A stretch of 63,432 nucleotides of DNA, the filler included, from Asterionella formosa (Eukaryota), in NCBI GenBank assembly GCA_002256025.1. It is 16 parts of 16 records of this genome, joined end to end, with 100 filler letters (N's around TTAATTAATTAA, not from the genome) between each part and the next. Parts side by side here need not be neighbours in the genome. Positions count along the whole stretch, not along the records: positions 1 to 31,657 come from NKIB01000613.1; 15 more parts are not named here. One strand, written 5' to 3'. How positions within the stretch are numbered: position 1 is the stretch's first letter; each line of letters starts with the position of its first letter. The notes under the pieces are model-generated. The model was not told where the DNA came from. It made no database searches and saw only the letters and a program-made list of their open reading frames with translations. This document shows, in pieces, positions 1-11,619 of the stretch. Both the position numbers and the translations under genes were made by a program.

Positions 1-321
1 GTTGGATCAGCAGTAGACAACTCAACAATATCTTCGACGTCCTCATCAGCTACAACGCATTGCTTCTCTTCCGAATCAATGCGAATAGAGGCAGCATCAG
101 AAGTTTCAGCCGTACCCACTACTTTGCAGCTCATTGCGCCAATTAATCGAGATATAGTCGATGTTGGAAGATTGGTATAGAGATGAGCGGACTACTGATT
201 CTTGTATGACTCACGAAGCTGAAAGGTAATGTATACAGAGTACCGTAGTATATATATAACAAAAAATAGTTGGCGCAATATTTAATAGTGTTGTGCTTGC
301 GTATTTACAGTTATTTTATCA

Positions 322-543
322 GTGGCAACGGACGTGATACACAGTGATCAACGGCTTGATCAGTGATACAGCATTGGTCAGGGGTCCAAAAACTGTATCA
401 GTGATACACCCATGATACACCGGTGATCAGACCAAAAAAACCGTTGGTGATACACAAAAAAAAACCAAACCGCCATTTTTGTATCATATTTCGGCGATGA
501 TACACCAATGACAACAAATAACAGAATGATAAGAACGGCCCTA
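322..543 (-). mobile_element. Putative DNA-transposon terminus (hAT-like) with subterminal TGATACA repeats
   Basis: About 8 TGATACA/TGTATCA motifs are clustered in about 200 bp. Read on the minus strand, the cluster starts TAGGGCCGTTC at 543, an hAT-type terminus. A minus-strand ORF starting at ATG 134 (MSCKVVGTAETSDAAS...) runs off the window. The other end is not visible. Confidence 0.4.
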
Positions 544-2506
544 GTAAAGGAAATAAATTACTTCATATGATTGCATTCTAATATCGGTTTGTATAAACTG
601 CTGCAAAGATTATATCGACAGTAAACAATGTCCATTCAGCATCATTAGTGGAGGTTTGACTTCTGTTGTATCAGAAAGTGTTTTTGGTTTGTCAAACCAA
701 TTTGTTTCATCAGATACATCTTCGAGTGTACAGTATCCCTTGCCACCATTTGCAATCGAGGAATGGAGATAGGTACCTGAACCTTTCATAATTTTGAAAC
801 TATTAGTAAATGTGTTCTAAAAGTAATGATTTTTAAATGTTCTATTGAAAGGTTTGAATATTTATTGCATCACATGTTTTTTACATTATAGATTATAAAT
901 CTTGGAATATTTTCAGCAATGCAATGGCAAGTTCAAATCTAAACTAATTAAATCGATAGATAACAAACATTCATTTTATTTATTTTTTAATCCTTTTAGA
1001 AACTGGTTGGAAACTAGTGTACTCTTGCTTCTTTGGGATCCTTATTCTTGAGAATCAAACAAACCCCCTTCCGGCAACAATCTGGAAGTTCCATGTGGAT
1101 GCCTTTACCCAATAAACCACAGAATTTCTTGACAAGAAACTTGTGTTCAAGGTGTCTTCCTTGACCTGGCGTGATTACATCTCTCAAAAGGGCCAATCTT
1201 AACAGAGATACAAAAATCAATTGATCCAATGCCCAATGCTCCTTTGGTTGGGCTTATCTTCCAATTGTCAGGAAGCTGGATGTAGTACAAGGTACTTCAC
1301 ATATTTGGCAAATTATTCTTGATGTTGTCACCAACAATGGGTTTAAGCAACCTCCGGCTAATGTATTGCACCGATGGCGTGAATTGACTGAAATAGGAAA
1401 ATGTACTAGCATACAACTAAAATGGAAGGAATTTGATTCAAAGGTAATAACATGAACTAAGTAGAAATATAATTGCTAACCTAATTATGATTAGATGCAT
1501 CCTCTTCAGCTGTTTGTATGAGAGCCACAGAATTCGTGGTCAGTGCATCCATAGCTTCAAAAAATTCAACAAAACTGACATTCTCTTGATACTCTTTACC
1601 ATCACATTTATGTGACACTTCATTGCTTGCTACTTCAGCCTGAACTTTCTTTAACTTTTTGCGGTACATAATTATAACATCCATTAGTTCCTTCTCTTGT
1701 TTTACAAGAAAAGTTGCTTGAGCAAATTCTGATTTGGAACATTGAGAGGCAATTGTTTGTCATTTGGGTACAGCATTCATTGCATTTGAAAATTCTATAA
1801 GAGCTTTGATAACTTGTTTGGATGTGTTTTCAAACTCATTGATGCTATATTTTCTCCCATTTTTTGTTGAACAGGTAGTTTTGCAACATCATCCTCTGCA
1901 GGAACGTGAATTCGACTGTCCATAGCAACACCATCACTTAAACTTGGTACTGCATACTTAGGCATGGAAATGTTGCACCTGTTGAAGCCATAAATGATGG
2001 TACAAACAATGAATCCGGTTTTGAGTGAAATTGTCAAAGTTATCGTGTCGACCAGCAACTTTGTTAATATATTGAAACAGATCCGTCAACATTTTAATTT
2101 TTGCCTATCTTTAGGGTTTCAGCTCCCTGAGAAATACCATATTTTTAATACTTGTGTTCGTCTCTGTTGAGCGTTAGGGTTAGGGTTAGATCGGCCCTTG
2201 TGACGAAATAATCTCTGTCCCGATGCTGTTTTTCACAACAAATCTACCAACTCAACTCATTCAATAAGCAAACGCTTGTGATTTCCATGTTATTGCTCAT
2301 TACTATCTACACTTTCCTCGGAGTATAGAACACAGTATAACGTCACGCATCAGCGAGAGATTCAAGTTTGTTTCGATCTGATGATTCGTCTGGCCGATAT
2401 AACAGCAGACTCTTTTGCGTTTTTCATTGCAAGGTAGATCGACCAAGTCAAGGGATCACCCACCGGCAGTGCCCGACGATCATACCGGATACCTGCAAAG
2501 CAAAAT

Positions 2507-3565
2507 ATGGCTGTTACGGTCCATCTTGCCAATCAACCATGGGGCACAAAGTTCCTCAACTTCTTATGCCTCATGTCACCAAGAACATGGCTCGGTGCTC
2601 TTCAATTTCAAGCGTCGTCTCCTTTTCGTACGCTGGACCTCAAGGAACTTACTCAAGGCACGTTGGGCGTCCTCGTGCCTGCGGTTGTATTTGGCATCAT
2701 GTCCTACATTTTCGGCGCTCATCTGCTTCTTGTCTCAACCCTATCGCCCTGGACCATAGCGTGTGTCAAATCAGTCATCCCGCCGCTTGCGGTGCTTACT
2801 TCCAACTTCCAGTCGTGGGCAGCCTTTCGGACTACAGCGTCACACGAAGTTCTCATGCACTTTCAACATCGAATAAGTAACCATCGGGCCTTTCGTTACC
2901 GTAGATACGATGTATTTTTGCCGCAGCAATACAAGGGTAAAGCTATTCTATTCTTTCCTGGTGCTTTCGTGGATCATACAGACTATTCAGAAGTTGCAGC
3001 GACCTTGAGCGACAAAGGGATTGTGGTTGTAGTGGTGTCGATGGAACCATTTCGGCTAGCTGGGAACAATCTTCTGGGTGCTGACTCTGTCCGGGTCAAG
3101 CGAATCATGGCGCTCGTACAGAAGCGACATTTGGCCTATCCTGCGGATTGGACTCTTGGAGGCCATTCCCTCGGTTCGTTTGCGGCAATGCGATTATTGC
3201 CTTCGTTGTGCATGTCACGATTAGTCATGTGGGGTTCCGCTGATTTTCCCAACTCAAGGACTAAACTCTCTCACATTATCGATACTCGCGCTCTTGTAGT
3301 TCAAGGCTCTAACGATAAAATGTGTCAAATGACCGAGGAGGGCCTGGAAAATTTCAGGAGTGACCTTCCTCGAGACACGACATTTCATGTCATAGCTGGG
3401 GCTTCCCATAACCAATTTGGCTCTTATCTCGGCAACCCACGCTTTGATGGAGACCCATCTATTTCCAAAGAAGAGCAACACGAACGAATCTGTAAAGTCA
3501 CAGCCGAATTCATTTTGCAAAGTACACCTACAGGCGCTAGCGAAAGAAAGAAAGTTATAATATAA
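2507..3565 (+). CDS. Alpha/beta hydrolase (Abhydrolase_5-like), 352 aa, with N-terminal hydrophobic segments
   Basis: FFPGA oxyanion strand, GHSLG nucleophile elbow, QGSND acid and GASHNQFG catalytic His motif; ORF intact. Confidence 0.85.
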   Translation: MAVTVHLANQPWGTKFLNFLCLMSPRTWLGALQFQASSPFRTLDLKELTQGTLGVLVPAVVFGIMSYIFGAHLLLVSTLSPWTIACVKSVIPPLAVLTSNFQSWAAFRTTASHEVLMHFQHRISNHRAFRYRRYDVFLPQQYKGKAILFFPGAFVDHTDYSEVAATLSDKGIVVVVVSMEPFRLAGNNLLGADSVRVKRIMALVQKRHLAYPADWTLGGHSLGSFAAMRLLPSLCMSRLVMWGSADFPNSRTKLSHIIDTRALVVQGSNDKMCQMTEEGLENFRSDLPRDTTFHVIAGASHNQFGSYLGNPRFDGDPSISKEEQHERICKVTAEFILQSTPTGASERKKVII

Positions 3566-3709
3566 TACCTGGAATTGGTCTCACAAGGCTTTTGATTGTT
3601 AAATTTTGAATAGTTATGAACAATGCGGCGACATTCTGGATGCTCCTCAGTGGCGCAAGTGTGGGTACCTGAATTGTTGGCACACACATGCGGTGGAATC
3701 TCCCGCATT

Positions 3710-4966
3710 CTAGCATAGGGCTCGGATATCGGTGAAAAAATTGGCTGCGGCTGAGAGTCCAATCTTTTTTGCAATAATCATGGGAACCATTGGAGATCGG
3801 ATGTGGTTCACATTTATCATAAGGCATCGGGAGTCTTCTGCTCCCTGGATCTTCCTTATAATATTGACTCCCATCAAAATTTCACTTCTCAAGATGCTGC
3901 CATCAATCAGAGAAACACCGTCTGGTCGGGTGACCGCTCGGCTTACCAACAAGAAACCACTTCCATCGTCCAGCTCCTTGGCATGCAAAATGCTGGTGAA
4001 CTGGAGAGTTTTCCTAAGCATAGGTGGACGCGATTCACTTTGCATGACCTTCGTAATGGATTTCCCAAATGGTCCATCTTTTTGCATATCTTCTTGAAGT
4101 ATCAAGAGATCAGTTCTTCCGCAACTAATTTTGTTGTACTCTTTGACACGGGTACTATCTGCGAGAAGGTCGGTGAGATCCTTCGCACTCATATTCACAA
4201 TGCCCGCCGCTCTTACGCATGGAAGGTCGCTACCATATTTTCCATGCATAAAGTTTCCGGACCACACCAGCACGTCCATGTCACCATCAAAATCGCCCGG
4301 AAGCGATATAGGTCCTTTTGATTGCCAGGCCATGGCTGACCAAGATTTGCTTGCCTTGAGTAACTTTTCCGTTCTGTAGTCAGCCTTCCACATGTTGATA
4401 TCCAAGCAGGTATCAAGACCGAACCGTGCAAGTGCTTGAATGGCAAACGGAGCAATCGGCGCATGCGACCCATCACCATCATCAAGTGCAATCCATTCTT
4501 CATTCGGGTCGTGTTTCACACCAGGAGGAGGGTCGGTCGAAGGGTGATGAAAATTGGGATGCAGCTCTGTTCTGGCTCCATTCGACGTACCGCCTGAGCG
4601 CAACGTCAAGTTCAAATCAGCCACTCGAATGAAGGAACTGGCCATTCGCTTGAAGACCACTGGCGCCACTTTGAGAGTCTCCGCAATCTTTCCATCCGAG
4701 AGGAGTTTGATAAGGGACGCCTTAGTTTTCAATGACGGTGTTGTGTCTGTGCAGGCTTCTAGGGAGGTCATGGAAGTAGACGACGACATGTCCCCCCGTT
4801 TGTTCGGACTTGGCACAAACGAAACCTGGCCGCTGACTGGAAACGTACCAATGCCCAGTGAAGTGCCCGTGTTTCTATCGCTGATGCGAGGATCACTCGG
4901 CAACGAATCAACCTCCACTAGGATTGTTTTCTTTGAATTACCTCTCTTTCGGAACAATGCGCTCAT
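3710..4966 (-). CDS. START/lipid-binding domain protein
   Basis: The C-terminal half has START-like features (LADSTRVKEYN, FLLVSRAV, RSEILMGVNIIR, terminal helix AAANFFTDIRALC). First ATG is at 4966; the ORF track uses TTG at 4996. Confidence 0.7.
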   Translation of the reverse strand: MSALFRKRGNSKKTILVEVDSLPSDPRISDRNTGTSLGIGTFPVSGQVSFVPSPNKRGDMSSSTSMTSLEACTDTTPSLKTKASLIKLLSDGKIAETLKVAPVVFKRMASSFIRVADLNLTLRSGGTSNGARTELHPNFHHPSTDPPPGVKHDPNEEWIALDDGDGSHAPIAPFAIQALARFGLDTCLDINMWKADYRTEKLLKASKSWSAMAWQSKGPISLPGDFDGDMDVLVWSGNFMHGKYGSDLPCVRAAGIVNMSAKDLTDLLADSTRVKEYNKISCGRTDLLILQEDMQKDGPFGKSITKVMQSESRPPMLRKTLQFTSILHAKELDDGSGFLLVSRAVTRPDGVSLIDGSILRSEILMGVNIIRKIQGAEDSRCLMINVNHIRSPMVPMIIAKKIGLSAAANFFTDIRALC

Positions 4967-5655
4967 TTCTGTTTTCTGTGTTTTATGGAACACCAAAATG
5001 ACACGAACGGCCGCTTTGAGTCAGCGAGACACGCTTCTAAAAGGAAAGGTACGACCTGATATCTGATACCTGATGGGTCTCACTCGCTGCTCCAACAACC
5101 AAACACGTTGACGTTACTCTATTACCAAGGTAATGCTGTCGGACTGAATGGCAGATGCTGCCCAAGGTAGCTACGGGAGAGCGAGGATGTGAGAACAATT
5201 GATATATACCACGATGTTAACGGGAGACGACAGGGAAACGTACGATTCGCTATGTACTGTAGATGTGTGCGTCATACTGTGATCATGATGAGGCCTCAAT
5301 CGTATAATTATTCATAAATATTTTTATAACTCGCATTGTATTTCTTTTTAGCCTCTTGCAATTTCCTCATGTTTGTCTACAGCAGTAACTGGTACTACTC
5401 CGAATACTGGATACAGGACTGGCGAGTCACAATAAATAAGTATGGATGGGGGGGGGGTGCCACGCATGCACTAGCTATGTAGAACAATTGTAACCGGCAT
5501 GAATCTTTTCTTCCTCTGCTTCTTGCGTGGTCTTAGCAAAAGTTATAAAGGGCTTATACCATCTGTACATAAGCAAAATGCGGGTGGACACGGCGAATGT
5601 TAATACGTTGAGAGACAATACAACGGAGTACCTGGTACATGGTCCTCGTACCTGG

Positions 5656-5869
5656 TGAAGTATCTAACTAGAAGTGGTAGTATTTGTTATATATATGAGC
5701 TTATTTGTTAATCCTTGTGTGTAACTCGTTCTCTAAGTCGACACCAAAGTATACAATAAGGGTTAGTCGATCTCTCTCATTATTGAGTCTCATTATTGAG
5801 TTCTGATATACCGGTATATGATCTAACGCTAACCCTGTATATATCTGTATTGATGTGCAAGATCGCTCA
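5656..5869 (-). mobile_element. Solo LTR of a Ty3/Gypsy family with 5-bp TSD CCTGG
   Basis: TG...CA ends with CCTGG on both sides (5651-5655 and 5870-5874). Homologous to the LTRs at 31037-31233 and 45080-45280, which abut a PPT and integrase C-terminus. Confidence 0.85.
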
Positions 5870-6124
5870 CCTGGTACCTGGTACCTGAGGGTTATGTGGA
5901 CAGGGCCATTTGTGTACCGGTATATCTGTGTGACAGTATGTGGCCTGCCAATCAGTGCTGGGGGTCATTAATTTCAGGAGGATGTATACCCAGCGGATGA
6001 CTGTAATTCGGTCATCGATATTGTATATATGGGGAATACGAGATTTGTTTTCCTTGTTGGCATTGGAAGCACCAGGTACCAGGTAACCTGTTTATTGCAT
6101 ATGGTTCCCAATTCACCGCCCCTT

Positions 6125-6151
6125 TTTTAAGGTTCCTGCATTTGAACCCCT
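6125..6151 (+). repeat. Shared putative transposon terminus TTAA-GGTT(C/G)CTGCATTTGAACCCCTAG
   Basis: A near-identical 27-mer occurs in reverse orientation at about 51337-51364. TTAA followed by GG is compatible with a Kolobok-type end. Partner ends were not found. Confidence 0.4.
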
Positions 6152-9100
6152 AGCTCGAGGTAGGGTTAAAATAATAATAATAATGATAGTGAGTCAGACT
6201 ATTCAAACACCTACTTTTCACCTATAGAATAAAAATATGTGTAACACTCAACAGAGCTTTCACCATTAGACACCCTTTCCATATGCTTACATACATGCAG
6301 TCTTCGGACAAAGTAGGGGTGTAGGTCCACTCAATATGTTGTCAGGATATAGGATCTGGCGTGAAACTTCAGAAAGGACCTTCGGCTTTTTTACTATGCT
6401 AAAAAGACTAGAAAATTCGGGCGAAATCTGTTAATTTGTTTTAGTAAAAACAAAGTTACTTTCTGCAGTTTCTCGCCAGAAGATATATGCTGATGCTATT
6501 TGAAGGTTACCTATGTATGTATTGACATCGCCTTCAGACCCAGTCAACGTTGAGCTATGCATCATCATCCAAAAGTTCGACAAAATCGGCCTTTTTCTCC
6601 AGAATATCAGAATCACTAATCACCAAAACGTCATCATCGGAATGGTAGTCTTGTAAAAAAATTTTCAGTCGTAAAATCTGATGTGCAAAAAGTTCCATTG
6701 TAAGGGCCCGCTGCATTATGCATACTATTCTGATTGGTTATACTTACATCCATTCGATTGGTCTGATTTGCGAGGTCTTGCAATCCCATGCCCGCCGCAC
6801 TGGATACAAACAATTGCAACATTTTCTTGGGTGTTGGCCGATACAATATCCATGGGCTGACCTGGTATGGAGTAAGAGTATCTGGCACCCCTGGTACCGG
6901 TACCAGTAGCTGATCATCATTGGTCGTGGTAGTGTATGCAGACCATCAGTACATTTCAAGAATGCAATTTCATATATTTTCCAAGACACCGGGTCATACA
7001 TATGACACATATTTGTTGAACTGAGTATAATTCTGGTAGAGTAGCTATATTAACATTCAGCGATGGCGACTGTGCAAGTAAAGCAGACAGGGGAGACAAA
7101 TTACACCAACAAACCCTACACATTTATTCCGAAGTCTTCAATGACAAAGGCTGCCTACAGATAGGGGAGACATACTACACTGAAGACATTGAACAGACAT
7201 TTCGAAGCCTATGATGGAGAAGCCTGCCTTATTCTCTTGACATGGCAACAACATCATGCAGTCTTTGTCCCAGACAATACCATGTTACTAACTAATGCCG
7301 GAGGAAGGCATTGGATGTAACTGGGAAGAACTATGCACACTTGTCAGCTACCAAATGAATTGATAAGCGAATTCAACAATTCATTCAGAGATTCAGGCTG
7401 CAGCAGATCTGTGTTATAACTGGCTGTTACAATCATCTGTTGACCCTAATTCTGGTTAACACATTGAATTAAGGGGAGTAGCAGAGGAATATTGGAGCAT
7501 GCCACTGATATAATCATCATTCAATGGTGAACAGGAAGAGTAGTATGGTGATGACACGTATGAACAAAAAGGTACATATGTTGCATATGAGGAGGCCAAA
7601 CTTGAGTGAATGGATTTATGGGAGAATGTCTACTACTGCTACTGGCAGTATACCGGTAGTCATCTAGCCAACATCATATGTACGTGGTACCCGGTACTCG
7701 AAACAACAATGCATGGTTTAAGCTAAACTTTAATGCTTACTTTGAACACGTTATCATATTATCGCTGGAGACTCGGAAATGTTGAATTATATCGTTCACA
7801 TATTCATTGATTTTACGTACCACTGTATGCCCAATTTCGTCCTCACAATTATAATTCTCACTCTATCCTGCCTGCCGTTGCTCTTTTCAGGCTTGCAACA
7901 GGCAACATTTGTCTTTCTTTGATCCCATCATCTGCTGCATGTTCCACTTGTAAGAGCGGATCGGTGAGTACAACAGTGAAACACTGAATGTGGATTGTAG
8001 ATCCTATTTATTGAATTTCCAATTTGATTGCTTCCATGGTCTGTTTTGATCGCTTCCATCATTGTTTGTCGTTCCGAACTGTCATTTTGTTTCGATTGTA
8101 CATATCTACATAAGAACCAATGTATTTATCAATGACTACTCTTTGAAGATGTGGTATTGTGCTTTTGTTGATTTGTATAGTCGTTGAGTGACAATGCTGT
8201 CAATATTGCCGCCAAGCAATGCTTTTCTTGTACTAACGCGCTTTGCTACATTACTACTATGAGTTCTTATCAGAAGCTACGTATATTCAGCTAGAGGGAG
8301 TCGATGGTGCTGGAGCAGCCTGGCGAGTATTCTCAATCATAATGGATTGGATTGGAATGATGATCAGGGTTGTTTGGTGGGAGGAATGACTGTGGCGGAA
8401 AGACTGCTACTACTGGTGTCAGGCTAGTACAGCGATGTGCATGGTTGCAGCAACCAGATCATCTACACAACATAACGATACAGGTCTAAATTGGGTTCAG
8501 CTTTTTCCCTTCTTATTTCGGATTGTGTGGTGATGGACATTCAATTGCCTCTGTAAGTACTACAGTACAGTGTCACAATGCATATGCCTCCATTGAAACT
8601 CTCCATTTTACTTTATTTCTAACCCAAAACAATTTTTTCTGTTTTCTCATTTGATGCCACTTATTACATCGCATTTCATACTTTGGTTGCTCCAAGCATC
8701 ATGTTCAATTTTCATTTATGTTGCATGTCTCAATCATTCTCGTGTTTTTACGCTTGTTTTACCCTTTTTATGCATTTTACCGTTATTCTGGCTGTCATGC
8801 TAAACTCGGCAATTTTAATGCCGAAAAATTCGATGTGCCCCATATTGCCCCTAAATAAAAATAATTTAAGAAATTACTTAGAGCCTAAAAATTACTTAGA
8901 AGCACCCGAATGGCAAGACTATAGCTGGAGTGGGAATTGCCGCCATAAGTTTTGTCTCCCCATTGTACATCTGACACTCTGTATATATGACTATGAGCCC
9001 AAATATTTTGCAGAAAAATGGACATGTTATTTTTCTATTATAAGGTATAATAACTTTGTGTATCTTTGTGCTGGTCTAATTAAAAACAATACAACATGAT

Positions 9101-9220
9101 ATTACTGGAATGCATCCTATAATTTTGTTTGGTACCCTGGGAGTCTACTCAGGCAGCGTACCACCAGAAACAAACGTAATAAAAAAGTATATTCAAATTT
9201 TAAGTACCCAATAATAAATG

Positions 9221-9395
9221 AACTCAACAATTGTGGAGGTTGTGAAGTCTCATTGTGGCCCACTAAAGGGCCTTAGACCAGCTGGGGGCCTTACCACCTG
9301 GATCCCAAGGGACTACACAAACAAAGTGGGTGGAGAATGCCAAAACAATTAAACCCAACACCTTGGAAGGTGGGCTAACCACTAAGCCATTCCCC
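9221..9395 (-). mobile_element. tRNA(Ala)-derived SINE, copy 1
   Basis: The minus strand begins GGGGAATGGCTTAGTGG (A-box), has a degenerate B-box and closes with ATTCTCCA (acceptor stem with G3:U70). The roughly 110-bp body is shared with 17021-17199. Confidence 0.6.
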
Positions 9396-9592
9396 TCAGT
9401 ATAAACCTAATACATACCATCATCAAAAAGAAATCCAATTGTTATGGAGAAACCCTTGGCCTATGTGGTGTCACAAATGGAACAATCTGTGTGTGCAACA
9501 TAAATGCTGTGGAGCTCATAATAATACTTGGTTTTATTAGAAAACCAGCCATACTTTGGAATCATCATTGGCACAGCATGTGACAGTCACTG

Positions 9593-10273
9593 CTAGGGAT
9601 AAACATCTGGGCGAATCCAAGGTATCATGGCTAGTTGAAGTGCATGTTCATAGTAGTGTGATCTATCAATCAACCCATTTGTTAAAATTCCCACTGTTCC
9701 AGAGCCATGCTTCCCATTCACACGAGAAAATACTTGATCGTCTGCATCACCTAACTCAAGTCCTCCCCGTACAAGCTCACAAACTTTGGGAGGCAGGGAA
9801 AAAGCAGCCGTCTTGGCTAGACCCCAACTTTGTTTTGCTGAATTTTTGTTCATCATTGCAAATTCACCACAGTCCTTGGAGGCGGTCCAGTCCAAGATTG
9901 ACTTTGTTCGCTTTCCGTAGATGGCCATCCATGCCATACATACCAACCCGCCTTCTGCTGTCTCTTCCAACCCACCTTCTAATCCAATCGCCAATTGAGG
10001 CTCTTTTTGAAACAATTCAACAAACATTTCAAAACACGCCTTGGCTCGATTGCAAGCACCCAGTTTGGTCTCCGAATCACCCATGGGTTGGGCCGGAACT
10101 CCGGATGGAACAGAGAAGCCATGCAGTTCCAAAGTCGGAGCATGCACGTTGCTACTGTTGTCATTCGCTTGGTCAAGTATTGCCTTGAGCGCGCGTTGGA
10201 CTGACCGGATCTTGGATGGATTTGTTGATCCTACCGCTACATGAAAAATTGTCTCCTGCTCGGACGATGGCAT
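9593..10273 (-). CDS. yjjX: Non-canonical purine NTP phosphatase (inosine/xanthosine triphosphatase, YjjX/PRRC1 family)
   Basis: Motifs VAVGSTNPSKI, VPSGVPAQPMG..ET..GA.NRA, IGLEGG, ELGDADD, GTVGILTNG...RSHYYEHALQLA. First ATG at 10273. Confidence 0.9.
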   Translation of the reverse strand: MPSSEQETIFHVAVGSTNPSKIRSVQRALKAILDQANDNSSNVHAPTLELHGFSVPSGVPAQPMGDSETKLGACNRAKACFEMFVELFQKEPQLAIGLEGGLEETAEGGLVCMAWMAIYGKRTKSILDWTASKDCGEFAMMNKNSAKQSWGLAKTAAFSLPPKVCELVRGGLELGDADDQVFSRVNGKHGSGTVGILTNGLIDRSHYYEHALQLAMIPWIRPDVYP

Positions 10274-10708
10274 AATCAGGACGAACGAATGCACCGGGTA
10301 GGTAGATATTTGCTTACTAATATGTATGATCGAATTGGCCGGTACTATACTATCGAGTGTTTACCTTCTTCCTTTTTGTAATTGTTGGTGTGAACACAAA
10401 GCGAGACTGAAGCAAAAGTTTGAGTCGCTCGTCGTCAGCATTCCTGAGGATTGCTTTGTTGTTTTCTGAGCATCGTTCCTGCTTATTAGTGGAGCATACC
10501 AGGTACCAGGTACCGTAGTCCATTGGGTCGAAAGATATTTACTAGATCCAATCTGATATACAGGATTTATATTAATGCCTGAATATTTTTTATGTAATAT
10601 TTTATGATAAAAAGCTGAGCGATCTTTCCTCGTGCTCATCTTGGATGTTCGGATGACACCTTTTGTGTTCTGAATGGTATCTTCAACAAGAAATAGCCTT
10701 TGACCACG

Positions 10709-11530
10709 ATGACAGTACCTGCTACCGCTATTGCGTTTGTGGTTCGTTCACATGCACAAGGAGGTGTTGCCCTTCCATCCGTTGCTAGCAAGCTCTTGCC
10801 AGTAGTGATGGCACAACAATCATCCAGCACCTCGCTCATGATGGCGAATGCGCAAGTCGTCAAAGATTGTACTGGAGCGGCGCTAGGTTTCTTTGGAGGG
10901 ATCCGGACCCCGGCGTCCCTGCTTGCGGGTTCTTCCTTGGCTATCATGTTTACTTTGGTTCAAAAAGCTGATAGAATAAATGAAAAGCTCAGTCGTCTGG
11001 AGCGCATCGTCTTTGTGTTATATCACATTTTGGCACTAATGGCCTTCGTTCTGGCCATGTCAGTGATTGTCATCACGACAGCTGCATCTACTACACTGTT
11101 GATGGGAGGATCGTTTAATGCAGAAGGAATCAGCGCTCATGTCTTCTTAACACGTGAAATGAACTTTGACTTTGTGGTGTCCAGATGGTCGTTCATGGTT
11201 AGCAATCTAACCTTTCTTGGCGCTGTGCTCGGAAGAACCCTGTTGGAGTTTGATCTCTTGAAGAAAGATCGCCGTACTGGAGGAATGCTTGTAATATGTA
11301 GCATTGGTGGCCTCATGGCACACTTGATCAGCTACGTAAACACTTCGCCCGGTTCGTCGTCGAGCATCGTTCATACGACTGGAGAAGTATTTCGGCTACT
11401 CCTCAATCGTGCAATATCAGGTACAACTGTCCGTCCCATGGGCACCATTGCACTCTTCGCTTCGGCCGGAACTATACTACTCATGTGCAAGTCCCTTTAC
11501 AAGAACATAGGAAATCAATTTGGGGAGTAA
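10709..11530 (+). CDS. Hypothetical multi-pass membrane protein
   Basis: About 273-aa ORF with several long hydrophobic segments (e.g. FFGGIRTPASLLAGSSL, SRWSFMVSNLTFLG); no family recognised. Confidence 0.7.
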   Translation: MTVPATAIAFVVRSHAQGGVALPSVASKLLPVVMAQQSSSTSLMMANAQVVKDCTGAALGFFGGIRTPASLLAGSSLAIMFTLVQKADRINEKLSRLERIVFVLYHILALMAFVLAMSVIVITTAASTTLLMGGSFNAEGISAHVFLTREMNFDFVVSRWSFMVSNLTFLGAVLGRTLLEFDLLKKDRRTGGMLVICSIGGLMAHLISYVNTSPGSSSSIVHTTGEVFRLLLNRAISGTTVRPMGTIALFASAGTILLMCKSLYKNIGNQFGE

Positions 11531-11619
11531 ATCGAAACGAATGCGCCAAATGGTTGTAGAACTTGACGTATGTACTATGCATCCATGGTGATTTAGAAAA
11601 CTTGTTGCTTATATGTTCC

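Noticed and set aside
545..2160. Short ORFs in AT-rich spacers (also 6400-9100, 17300-19500, 42366-44385, 48724-49900)
   Set aside because: Fragmentary, with no motif I can identify; probably decayed TE or non-coding DNA.
2173..2189. TTAGGG telomeric repeats (also at 45112-45124)
   Set aside because: Only 2-3 internal units, and one instance is part of an LTR; not a telomere.
9331..9395. Functional tRNA-Ala gene (also 17133-17199)
   Set aside because: The anticodon arm is shortened, the T-arm is degenerate and the downstream body is shared; better explained as SINE heads.
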